This document shows positions 25,853-37,387 of a stretch of DNA of 64,000 nucleotides, in pieces. Origin of the DNA: Antechinus flavipes (lineage: Eukaryota); the NCBI RefSeq assembly GCF_016432865.1, contig NC_067399.1, positions 515,096,001 to 515,160,000 on the forward strand, given 5' to 3'. A program made the position numbers and the translations under genes. Within the stretch, counting starts at the first letter, position 1. Each line of letters begins with the position of its first letter. The notes below the pieces were generated by a model that was given only the letters and a program-made list of their open reading frames with translations, was not told the origin of the DNA and did not search any database.

Positions 25853-28089
25853 ATTAAGCCAAAAGAATGAAAAAATAGAAGACAATGTCAAATGTCTCAT
25901 TGGAAAAACAATTGACCTAGAAAATAGATCCAGGAGAAATAATTTTAAAATTATTGGACTACTTGAAAGCCTTGACAACAACAAAAAGAGCCCAGGCATC
26001 TCTACATTAAAATGTAATGTAAAATGTAATCTCTACATTAAAAGGATCAAAGGACTTGGAATATGATATTCAGGAGGGTGAAAGAGCTAGATTTACAACT
26101 AAGTAAGAACCACCTGCCCACCAAAAACTGAGGGAAAATAAAGAATTCTTCATGAAAAGATCAGAGTTGAATAGAAAATAGAATAGACTTTCAAGAAATT
26201 ATCAAGGAAAACTGCCTTTATATTTTAGAACCAGAATGTAAAATAAAAATGGAAAGAATCCACCAATCTCCTAAAAGAGATCCCAGGAATATTATAGCCA
26301 AGTGCCAGGACTCCCAGGTAAAAAGAAAATTTTGCAAGCAACCAAAAATAAATAATTCAAATGTCATGAAGCCCCAGACAAGATAAAACAAGATTTAGTA
26401 ATCTCTACATTAAAAGGATCAAAGGACTTGGAATATGATATTCAGGAGGGTGAAAGAGCTAGGATTACAACTAAGTAAGAACCACCTACCCACCAAAACT
26501 GGGGGAAAATAAAGAATTCTTCATGAAAAGATCAGAGTTGAATAGAAAATTTGACTTTCAAATACAAGACTCAAAAGAAGCATAAAACAATAGGGAGAAT
26601 GAATCAACCTTAACCTCATCAGACACTTCATTTGGGTAGGAAGGAGATGGAGGAGAGGAGTGATAAAAGGGAAAACAAATTGGGGGAGGGGGTACTCAAT
26701 AGCAAAACACTTTTGAGAGTGAAAAGAGAGAAAATATACTAAACAAGGGGGAAATACAGTTGTAAGAATAATTGTGAAAAAAAATTTTGAAGCAAGTGTC
26801 TCAATTAAAGACATCTTTCACAAGCGAATAGAGAATGGAGTCAAACTTACAAAAAATAAGTCATTCCCCAATTGATAAAAAAATCAAAAGATAAGAACAG
26901 TTTTCAGATGATGTAAACATAGCTATCTATAGCCATATGATAAAAAATGTTCTCACTCATTTTGATTGGGAAAATGCAAATTAAAACAGTTCTAAAGTGT
27001 TATACCATTATCTGTTATATTGAGTGATGATACTCAGAAAATCCTAGCTGAAACATGGAAAAGGAAAAAACTTGATAAGTAATGGGTTCTTTCTAAGATT
27101 GTAGAACTCAGATTTGGCTTGTCATCTAGTAACTTGAATATTACCAAACAACTAAAAGAAGGTAGAAAATTTATTTAAAACCTGGTAATGTTATTTTATC
27201 AGCCCTACTGACTCTTAATCTGATATGAGATGGAATTGTTACTTAATGATTGCTTATCAATTGTTAACTCTTACCTAAAGTCAAACAGAATTAAGGAAGC
27301 TTTATCCTGCCATTATTGTGCCTTTTGGCTTAAGTCAGGTGGGATTGATGCTGTTATAATTATGTCCCTGTTTTGTTTTGTTTTGTAGAAAATGTCTATA
27401 ATCAGAGCAAATGGTCAATAGAAGATAGTAGCACAAGTATGTAAGATCTTGCTATTTTCAATATGAAAATATATAGTCATTATATTTTAAACAATCAGGA
27501 AAATGAGTATTTGGCCTAGTCATCTGCCTATTACTAGATAGATAGATATAGCTATGTCTATTTGAAATAAGATGCTTAATATTTCCAAATGATGTAAGAA
27601 TAATTGGGTATTGATACAACTGTCTGTGGGACCTAGCTTTTATTCTACTGATTATTGAAACTAAATCAAAAACATGTTTAGTGTGGTGTGGAGATGAAAA
27701 TGAGTATTTTAGTGCAATCAGTTTTCTTAGAGGATGTGTCTCAAAGGTGACCACTTATCCTTCGGACACTGCTTCACTCCCATTTTTCGTGATTCCCCTT
27801 TGGAACTGTTCCTTCAATCACACTCCTTGCTTCAGTGCTGGCAAGGATTTTGTAAATCTTGCTACATATAATGCTATCGTGAAAACTGACCATATTTTTC
27901 TTATTATGAATGGAATGGTGTTTTGTTTTTGGTTTTTCTACCTAACTGTAATGCTATTATAATCTCAACTTTTAATTCCACTTATAAGCTGGATGTATGT
28001 ACTTCTTATACATACATATATTGCCACAAACATTTTTGTACATGGGGGTCTTTTCCCCTCATTTATGATCTTTTGGGATACAGACCCAG

Positions 28090-28383
28090 TACTGACTGGC
28101 TACTTTCAAAAGGTTTGGGGGCAAACTTCTGGGGATTCTAGTTTCTTTTTCTTCTGTTCCTTGTACTGACACCTTTTCTAATTGTTATTCTGCTTTTGAC
28201 ATTTGGGCCATGTCTTTTAAATCTTTTAATAAGATTTGTGTTTTCCAGACTAGCTTCTATCAGATTTCAGATGGCCTTACAGGAGGGATATAGATCCATA
28301 TCTCAGCTTCTGGGTTTCACCCCCTGGAGATTATTTGCTTGATATTCACATCCATCTCCACTCTCTCACCACTGGGCCTTTAG
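28090..28383 (+). mobile_element. ERV env transmembrane-subunit C-terminus remnant
   Basis: Reads ...FW GF*FLFLLFLVLTPFLIVILLLTFGPCLLNLLIRFVFSRLASIRFQMALQEGY, the gamma-type Env LLLxFGPCxLNxL..F..SR signature. Not shown as its own ORF in the track because of a stop and no ATG. Confidence 0.8.
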
Positions 28384-28480
28384 GCAGGGTTAGCCCCTTA
28401 TCAACCTGAAGCAGTTATGGAAGATGAAACCTTCATCTAGCTCTAAAAAAATTTTGAGTTCCAGCTCATTGAAGGGCAAA

Positions 28481-28995
28481 TGATGGAATCTTAACTGGTT
28501 CCTATTCTCACTCTGACTCACTCTTTCTCTGTCTCTCTGTCTGTGTCTCTGTCTCTCTTTCACAAAAGCACATTTACTTTTTTCCATGTATATCTCTCAT
28601 GAACCTCATCAGAACAAAAGTATCTTTTCCATTTATATCCTAAGATACTTCTAATCTCATCGGAGGTTGTCTGAATGTATTTGAGATTGCCCAATTATCC
28701 TGTTTTGCTCAATTCTCCCATTCTTTCTTTCTTTTCCTTCTCTCTATAATTCCTTGCATAAATTTTTCCAGAAATCCCATCACAACACAAACCCCATTCC
28801 TCTTTTTTTTTTTTTGCTGAGGCAATTGAGGCTAAGTGACTTGTCCAGGATCACATAGCCAGGAAGTATTAAGTGTTTGAGGACAGATTTGAACTCAGGT
28901 CCTCCTAACTTCAGGGCTGGTGCTCTATTCACTGCCCCAAGCCCCATTCCTCTTAACATTTTTGATGAATCCAAACACACTCACCCTCACTTTCC
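28481..28995 (+). mobile_element. ERV 3' LTR (degenerate, contains a SINE)
   Basis: Follows env and a weak purine tract (gaagggcaaa). Starts tgatggaatcttaact. Shares agaacaaaag.atcttttcc...atatcct and ttccttctct.tataattccttgc with the 19898 LTR. Confidence 0.65.
28805..28941 (-). mobile_element. WSINE1-type SINE inside the 3' LTR
   Basis: Antisense SINE with T-tract; TSD ccccattcctctt at 28792-28804 and 28942-28954. Confidence 0.85.
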
Positions 28996-29013
28996 TAAAA
29001 AACAAACATGTTA

Positions 29014-29414
29014 TTATATACCTCAACAATGATACTGTTTGAGGATGTATTCTGATGGAAGTGGACCTCTTTGATAAAGAGAGCCTTAATTGATCAAAGA
29101 TGGGCAGAAGCAGCTACACCCAGAGAAAGAACACTGGAAATGAATATAAACTGCTTGCATTTATGTTTTTCCTCCCGGGTTATTTATACCTTCTGAATTC
29201 AATTCTCCCTGTGCAACAAGAAAACTGTTTGGTTCTGCACACATATATTGTATCTAGGATATACTGCAACCCATTCAACATGTAAAGGACTCTTGCCATC
29301 TGGGGGAAGGGGTGGAGGGAGGGAGGGGAAAAATCGGAACAGAAATGAATGCAAGGGATAATGCTGTAAAAAATTACCCTGGCATGCGTTCTATCAATAA
29401 AAAATTATTTAAAA
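29014..29414 (+). mobile_element. Truncated L1 3' end
   Basis: Very similar to the 20671-21154 copy; TSD aaacatgtta at 29004-29013 and 29415-29424. Confidence 0.88.
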
Positions 29415-29622
29415 AAACATGTTAAAAACAGAAAAGCAAAGAAAGATTTATGTGAATTGATATAAGGTGAAATAAATAGTATCAGGAAAGCAACACACAC
29501 AGCTATTGCAATGGGGTAAATGGAAGAGACTATAATTACAAAACAATAGAAAGTACACAAGGTTTTGCAAGGATGAATGTTGAAAATTATCTATGTATGT
29601 ATTTTGAAAATAAAAAGCTTTA

Positions 29623-29686
29623 TAGCTGTGTGATCCTGAGCAAGTCACTTAACCCCTATTGCCTCAGCAAAACAAATAAACAAATA
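29623..29686 (+). mobile_element. 5'-truncated WSINE1 tail
   Basis: tagctgtgtgatcctgagcaagtcacttaacc...; TSD aaaataaaaagcttta at 29607-29622 and 29687-29702. Confidence 0.75.
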
Positions 29687-29752
29687 AAAATAAAAAGCTT
29701 TAATAAAAAAATTCAAAAAAATAAAAATAAAATAAAACAATAGAAAGTGAAT

Positions 29753-29963
29753 GTTGCAGAAAACTGGTTCTGCACACATATATTGTATCTAGGACATACT
29801 GTAACCTATTTAACATGTAAAGGACTGCTTGCCATCTGGGGGAGGGGTAGAGGGAAGGGAGGGGAAAAATAGGAACAGAAGTGAGTGTAAGGGATAATGC
29901 TGTAAAAAATTACCCTGGCATGGGTTCTGTCAATAAAGTTATTTAAAAAAAAAAAAGAAAGAA
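29753..29963 (+). mobile_element. Short L1 3' end
   Basis: TSD agaaagtgaat at 29742-29752 and 29964-29974. Confidence 0.8.
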
Positions 29964-31753
29964 AGAAAGTGAATCTTGCAAAAGTACAAAGAATATGCTT
30001 GACCCCAAAGAAGCCATATGAAAAGTTATCTCCTTCCAAACTCTGCTGTAGAAGTAAGAGGGTGGGACTGGTCAAACATAATAATAGATTTTTTCAAGCC
30101 CATGGTAAATTTACAGATTTTTTTTCTTCCTCTTTAAAAAAAAATTCTTTGTTATAAAGAATAGTTTTTGGGAAGGAAAGAAGGAATACAGAGGGAAATT
30201 GAGGTGATATAAAAAAAAATTATATTCATTTTTTTAAAAGAGAAAGAAATGAGTCCCCTTCACCCAAAACCAAAAACCTATAAAAGACCCTCCAAAAAAC
30301 ACATTAGTAACATAAAAGAACACTATCAATAGCCCAGATTCTAAGGCATGATTTTCAGAAGTGACTTTTGGGAATGTAGCTTAAAAGAATTCATCTAGAA
30401 GTTATACTCCATTTGGACATGAACCTGGTAGGCCCGAGACTGTGTAGTAATTGGGCTAAGCTTCAAGCTGATTTTCCTGAAGAATGAAGGTACTGTAGGA
30501 GAGAATATTCCTCAGAGGTGCTGGGAAAAAATGTTATGTTTGTTGTTAATACATTTTTGAAGTATTCCTATGAAAATGGGATCCTATTGTTGAAAATGTT
30601 TCCTGTTGTTAAGTGGTTAAATGGAACTGAGGATGCTAATCATGGGTTGCTATTAATAAGAAAAAATAGTCTTGGGGTTCCAGCTAGCAGTAGAGAAAAA
30701 ACTACCTCAATTCACTGAGATATAGCCAGTCTAAGACTGAAAGACTAAAGTATACATGTTTCTTTTTCACTCACTATTATAAGGAATGACCCTATGGGGA
30801 AAGAGAGAGATACTGAAAAATTTAAAGTGATATGAAGATGAAAGATATCAATATAGTCAAATACATACACATTAACTTATCCCCTGAGAGGAGACAAAAA
30901 AATCCAGTTTCTTTCTTTCATTAGCAAGGTAGGAGATAATGAATATATAATGTTGCAAATGCTCTTAGACTCTGCTGGTATAACCCTTGGTTTTACTGAA
31001 CTGGTTTTTTTTTTTCTCCTAATTTTTGTTAGAAGAAAAGTGTCCTCATTGCATAGGAGAGTGGAGGAGAATATATTTGTAAATATATAAAAACAAAAAG
31101 CCATCAATGAAAGTAACACAATCTTTACTCCCTCATGTTAGAATTGTTCGCCCCAAGACTTGCCATAGCTAGTAGTAACCTGGAAGACTAACAAAAAAAC
31201 CCAACCCAAACATGGTTTGGAATTAGAGCATGTATAAAGTCGAAAGAACCTTGGACTTGGAGTGTGAATTCTGGCCATGCTACTTAAGGACTTGTATGAC
31301 TTTCAGCAAGTCACTTAATGTCGCTGAGTTTCAGTTCTTCATCTATAAAGGAGATGTTTGGAGCAGATGACCTTTACTCATCTCCTCTGTCATCTTGAAA
31401 TTCTATGTTCTCATTTTTCTCCTCTCTAAAGCAATAGGTTTGGAGTACATCCTTTTCACTTATGTTTTTCTTCTAATTGCTACAGTCTGCTGACGGTTAT
31501 ACACTTGGGGGAGCAATAAAGAAAAGGCTGTTCAAAGAGATGCTTGAACATTATTCAAAAATAGCAACTTGCCCAGAAAATACTCTTTTGTGCTACCAAG
31601 GTAGCCATTTCTTTTTAGGAGACAGAGCAGCAGTAGAGAGGAGAGGCAAATGGAATTGACTTCCCCAAGGTCACACAGCTAAATTTGAACTCAAGTGCTC
31701 TTGACTTCAGACCCAGTCTTCTTTCCAGAAAGTCCATGAAATAAAGGGGCTGC

Positions 31754-32513
31754 CAAAAAGTTACCAAATTGTGCATACCCTTTGATCCAGCAGTGTTTCT
31801 ATTGGGCTTATATCCCAAAGAGATACTAAAGAAGGGAAAGGGACCTGTATGCGCTAAAATGTTTGTGGCAGCCCTGTTTGTAGTGGCTAGAAACTGGAAA
31901 TTGAATGGATGCCCATCAATTGGAGAATGGCTGGGTAAATTGTGGTATATGAATGCAATGGAATATTATTGTTCTGTAAGAAATGACCAGCAGGATGAAT
32001 ACAGAGAGGACTGGCGAGACTTACATGAACTGATGGTAAGTGAAATGAGCAGAACCAGGAGATCACTTTACACTTCGACACCGATATTGTATGAGGATGT
32101 ATTCTGATGGAAGTGGATTTCTTTGACAAAGAGACCTGAGTTTCAATTGATAAATGATGGACAGAAGCAGCTACACCCAAAGAAAGAACACTGGGAAACG
32201 AATGTGAACTATTTGCATTTTTGTTTTTCTTTCCGAGTTGTTTTTTACCTTCTGAATCCAATTCTCCCTGTGCAACAAGAGAACTGCTCGGTTCTGCACA
32301 CATATATTGTATCTAGGATATACTGCAACATATTTAACATCTATAGGACTGCTTGCCATCTAGGGGAGGGGGTGGAGGGAGGGAGGGGGAAAATCGGAAC
32401 AGAAGCAAGTGCAAGGGATAATGTTGTAAAAAAAAAAAAAATTACCCTGGCATGGATTCTGTCACTATAAAGTTATTATAAAATAAAATAAAATATTTTT
32501 TTAAAAAAAGAAA
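31754..32513 (+). mobile_element. 5'-truncated L1 with intact ORF2 C-terminal frame
   Basis: ORF 31769-32107 (CIPFDPAV.LLGLYPKE...CPSIGEWLGKLWY..MEYY) is the L1 ORF2 C-terminus; 16-bp TSD gaaataaaggggctgc at 31738-31753 and 32514-32529. Confidence 0.92.
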
Positions 32514-33262
32514 GAAATAAAGGGGCTGCTCTAGAAATAATTATGCTATGGTTCATGCTATGATTTATTGTGATATTGTTATATTTTAGCTTTTGACCTG
32601 ATGGTCCATGTTAAAAGTTATTGATTTAATAATAATTACAATGAAAGCTACAGGTAGTATATAAAAAAGCTTAAATAGAAGACAACCACCTATCTCAACA
32701 CATGTTTTAAAAAATAGCAAGGAAAGACCCTGAAATACAAGACATGCTTCCTAACACTTAAAGCTATCCAAAATAGAATGGACTGCCTCAGAAAGTCTCA
32801 CTGGAGAATTTAAGTACAGGCTGGAGAAATTTTTATATTTTTTGGATGACTTTTTAAGTATGTGGTGTAGAGAGTTCCTACTCAGCCATGGAAACATACA
32901 GCCTTTAAGATCTCTTCCAACCTGTACTCTAAGACACATAATCTCTAATATGTAGGATGTCTAGGATGTGGACATCCATGATCTTGGTAGAGACAGTTCA
33001 CTCCTATGACTTTCATGCTGGACTTGGAGTTCTGAATATGGGATGTGGGTAAAGCACCCACTTGGGTTTCTCAGAACTGTCTGTGTTTCAAAGTAAAAAA
33101 AAATCCCTTGACAATACAGAAATGCACAGTCATATTGCCCTTGAGGCAGTATCTGATTCTTCTCCTCCCACAGTTCCCCAGAACAGATATAATAAGCACA
33201 AAGTAACCAGCACAGTTTGTTAGAAGAGTTAAGATTATTTATTTCCCTTATGGCCTTGGGGC

Positions 33263-36245
33263 TCAGTACATAGATGGCTTCTCTTCACCCTTTGGGTTGG
33301 TGATCTTCTCTAGGTTGTTGCTGATGATGTGATAGAGCTCAGCCTGAATAAATGAGTCAAAGTAGTAGCTAGAACTTCTTCCCTGGCCCTCTTTTCAACT
33401 CCCCCCTTCCTTGCCATCCTTTCCCTTCAAACCATCATCATTCTATATTTCTTCTAGTCTTCACCCTTACTCACGTAGAAAGAACGGAGATCCATCACTA
33501 TGGTCCGAAGTTCTCTATAGACTGCCTCATCCCGTTCATGCACCAAGGTCCGATAATCCATCTGGGAGAGGGAAAGGTAAAGTTGGGTCATGTCTCTGGA
33601 AGAGCATGGGATGTGCCTGGTTTGCTCATAGAAGGGAATGAACAAACTGAAGGCATGCCATCTGTCTCAGCCACAGGAAACAGAATTCCATAGGATCAGG
33701 TAGACTGGCTAGGATCCAGGAATCCTTCCTCTAGGGAATCTAGGGGTTCTTTTTGTTTTGGTCTTCCCCAGCACTTCTTTTTTATCCATTCCCAGTATCA
33801 TATGTCTCAACCAAGAGCTGGAGGGACTTTCCATGATGTTCTGAGATGGGTAGGAATGCCAACTCACCACATGAGTCTCCTTGGAGGCCTTGGCCACGGC
33901 ATCTCCGCGTTCAGAGAAGTACCTTACAGGAAGAGAGAGAGTTGACTATAGGTATGGGAGCTCTTCAGGAAACACACTCCTCTAGGGTATTTCCCCAAAG
34001 CCTCATCTCTTCGTGGGAAATGCCCAGTGCAGGAGAGATAGACCAGCCTCTGAATTCTAAAGTAATTTCTCCCACTTCCCATGCCTATTCTCAAGCCTAG
34101 TTTACTTGGAAATGGTTGTCTGAAAGCTTTCCACTTTGGTTTTCACTGCTGCCACTCGTTCTAGAACCTTTTCCTGTGAAGATAAACAGAGTGAGAAGAC
34201 TGAGAACAACATAACCTCCTCCTCATTCCATCCCATGTTCCTGACATTTCTCTTTCCCTTTTATTCTTGTTCCAGCCATACCCTTTTACCTCCCAAACAT
34301 TTCTGTACTCTAATAGTTTTTGCTTCTTCACTTTTCCTTTCCTTACCTGGATGGCCACCCCAAAGTCATTGCCATCTTCAATCTTGGGGATCAGGTGTTG
34401 GATCCAGGTGATCACCTATGTCAGAGAAGTTTCTATGATTGATTGCCTAGTGCTTTCATGAAAAAGACATTACATTCTATACTATTACACACAGAAAGAA
34501 TAAGGAACAGTTCCTGTCCTCAAAGAGCTTAACTTATCATCAGCAGGACTACAGCCCATAAAAGCAACCCATTTAATGAGAAGGAAAGGGACTTAGAGAA
34601 GACAAATCTTAAAAGAAAAAAAGGTTTACAGGAGAGCCCCAAGTCTTAGAAACAGGTATCTGAGGAAAAAAAGAGAAGTCCTCTGTCTTACCAGAATACA
34701 TTTTTCTTTGAGAGTTCGAATCTCTGGCTTAACTTGATCAATTAGTGCCAAGATTTTCTCATTCCCAGGGAGGAAGCCACACTTGGGAACTAAGGGAGAA
34801 ATGAAGTATCAGTCACAGAATTCAAACATCTTCTTATATCCTTCAATCAAGTGCTTTCTTCCTAAGGTTTCTTTCCTTACCTTCTTTCTTTTCTTGTTTG
34901 TCTGTCTCCATCTGAAGAAAAAAAATCATTGGAATTGAGAAATTTGAGGGAGACTGAGGAGGAAATATTGTTGTGGAGTTTGCAGTTTCAATTTGTCAGC
35001 TCCTGGGGCCTCACCTCATCATCCTTGGGTGGAGGATCTGGAATAGGAATGTCCAGTGGTGCCCGAAGAGAGGTTAGGTCAATCACATTGAAAGATTCCT
35101 CCTGCCCAAAAGTAACTGTTAGGTTCTTGTCCGGCTTTTTCTCTCTTAAGCCAGCCTAAAGCCCCAATTCCATACATCTTCTTCTCCCTCAATTAATCTT
35201 TCCAAAATTCAGATTACACCACTTCCTTTGACCCATGTAAGCAATTGCCACAGTCGCATAGGGAAAGTCTTGGATGTAAGTTAAGAGTACAAGATCGGTA
35301 AAGGTAGGAACAGGAAGGGCCGCCACTGCTTACCTTCAAAAGCTGATGCAGTTGAATGATTTTCCGAGGTAGGAAGACTGAGAGGAACTCCTCAGCCTGC
35401 AGCAAAGAAAGAATATGATCCCAAAAGGAAGTGGGGGTGCAGGAAGGGCTCGAAGAATAGAAACCAAAGGGCTTCGTCAGAAAATTGTAGAGTGAGAAGT
35501 TTTAGGGAGTGGGAAGGACCTTGGAGATCATCTGATATAATGTTTTCCAAGATGAAGAAATGAAAACCCAGTGAATTAGGAGCTTGTTCGAGGCCACCCA
35601 GATCTGGTTCCCAGACCAGTGCTTTTTCTGCTACGCTGTGCTGGAGGCAGAGTGAAGGAGGCACAAGAGTATGCAATCAGATTGGAGGGGAGAGGTTAAG
35701 ACTGAGGACCCAACTTGAGTCTTGGGCCTGAACTCGGGTCAGAGTCAAGGCCAGAGTCCCGAGGGAAGGTGGTTAATTCGTTCTCAGGTCAGAGTTTAAG
35801 AAGCAAGTTTACACTGAATCCAAATCGACTCACCTCCTGGAAGAGATTTTGCCGGAACACATCCACCTGTGGAGATTTGGTGGGTCATAGGGGGAAAAGG
35901 CGGGGGGTGTAAAATGGGGGTAAAGGCTCTGGGGCTTTCCTCCCACCCACCCCCGACCTAGCTAGCTACTAGCTCCCCCTTGGCTCGGCCCTTTCCCACC
36001 TCCATGAAGTTGCCCCTTGCCTAAGCCCGGATCTGGGGCTGACCCTGGACTGCATGCCCAAAGCAGAAGCGAAAGCACTGAAGAGACTGACTAGAAAGGC
36101 TCCCCAGCCCCCAGCCCAACGCTCCGGTCCTGGCACAGGTGCAGCCGCATCCCGCCGCACGACAACCAGCCCGCAGGGCAACCCCCAGCCGCCTTACTTG
36201 TTTGCGGGCCACCCCGCTCAGCCTCAGCTCACACGCCTTGGCCAT
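33263..36245 (-). CDS. PSME2: Proteasome activator PA28-beta, 239 aa, 11 exons
   Basis: Minus-strand exons 36245-36198, 35866-35834, 35396-35334, 35101-35015, 34911-34881, 34789-34692, 34415-34347, 34173-34106, 33922-33868, 33561-33475, 33343-33263 (720 nt). [11 protein letters not shown]...[13 protein letters not shown]...EKPSMY*. AATAAA (minus) at 33238-33243. Confidence 0.97.
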
Positions 36246-37387
36246 GCTGTCGAGGGGCCGAAGAAGATCAGAGGTCTCCCAGCTCCTCACCCGGAGCTCC
36301 GGCTTTCGCTTTCACTCCCCTTTGGCAGCTCCGCCCCCGCCTGGGCCGGGCCCCGCTTTATCTCCCGGGAGCCCCCTGCTGGTCCTCCGGAGGTGCAGCG
36401 TCCCAGGAGGAGGGAATCCCTCGCCAGAAAGGAGGCCGGGCCCCAGGCATCCCCGGCTAGAGGGAGAGGCGGGAGAGAAGGACCGTGCCTTTTTCCCAGC
36501 CCACAGGTTACTAGTCCCGAGCACTGTACTCGCTTCGACCACGCCCCTCTAAGGCCCCGCCTCCTCGAAGACCAGCCTCGCCTTCTTTATAATCGCTCCT
36601 CTTTCGTTAGCCTGACCCCACCCCGGTCCGTGGCGTCCTTTTGCCACCCCCATTTCCTAGCCGAGTCCCGCCTCCCTCAGGGCCACGCCCCCCAGCCACT
36701 CAGCCGCTTTCCCTCTCCGGGGGCCTCCTTCCCACCTCCTCCTATTTAGCCTCGCCCGCTTCCGTCGGAGCAGTCGAGGTCCCTCCCTTTTCCCGAGAAC
36801 TTCCTGTTCCTTGCCCGGAGAGAGGGAGGCCCGGGAAGCAGCCTCCGGTTGAGAACTGAGCCGGCCAGGGTGTTGTGCGGCCGTCCCGCTGCTGCAGCGT
36901 GAGCCGGGGAGCCGGAGGAGGCTAGCCGGTGGGCGCGGGAAGGAAGGCATCGCCTCCCGGAGGGTGGGGGGTGGGGACAAGCTGGGCGGATGATCCTCTA
37001 GCGGCTCGGGGATTGAGGGACGGAGGGAGGTCAGGGCATGCTAGGTGTCCGGTCACAGGTCATCCCAGACTCAGCAGTTTTGAATCTCTCCGTCTCCTTC
37101 CTCGGGAGCTGCCCGGGGCCGCAGCCCCGATCGGGCACACAGGCAGAAAGCCCAGGGCAAGACAAGGGGAAGAGGGTCCCCACCTGTCTGCGTTGGCTGA
37201 GGAGGAAGGACCGGCCGACGGGCTGGGCCGGGCCGGGCCAGGACTGCGCGCCCGGAGCCCCCACAGAGCCGCCAGAGGCCGGTGGTTCCGAGATGGGCAG
37301 GCTAACTCTGTGAAGTTTGGCGACTCAGGGGAGCGCCCCCGTCTAATTGACCCAGCCCCCTTGTGCCTTCCCCTTCCCTCCCTCAGG
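36246..37387. promoter_or_regulatory. Bidirectional CpG-island promoter PSME2/RNF31 with ISRE and kB-like site
   Basis: Head-to-head ATGs 1.14 kb apart; gctttcgctttcact at 36302-36316 (AGTGAAAGCGAAAGC on minus); gggaatccc at ~36412; GC boxes. Confidence 0.75.

Larger units (their letters stand above)
23670..26800 (+). mobile_element. Old L1 5'UTR plus ORF1, decayed, carrying nested insertions
   Basis: ORF1-like start aaaatgagcaaa (MSK) at ~24495; ORF1 fragments such as gacctagaaaatagatccaggaga and tttcaagaaattatcaaggaaaactgcc; interrupted by a SINE and two L1 3' ends. Confidence 0.75.

Noticed and set aside
31769-32107. Intact 112-aa ORF as a possible host gene
   Set aside because: It is the L1 ORF2 C-terminus inside a TSD-flanked truncated L1.
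15963-34415. Near-identical IEDGN(N/D)FGVA(V/I)Q and [12 protein letters not shown] peptides on opposite strands
   Set aside because: Ordinary PSME1/PSME2 paralogy with shared exon structure; not a novel duplication.
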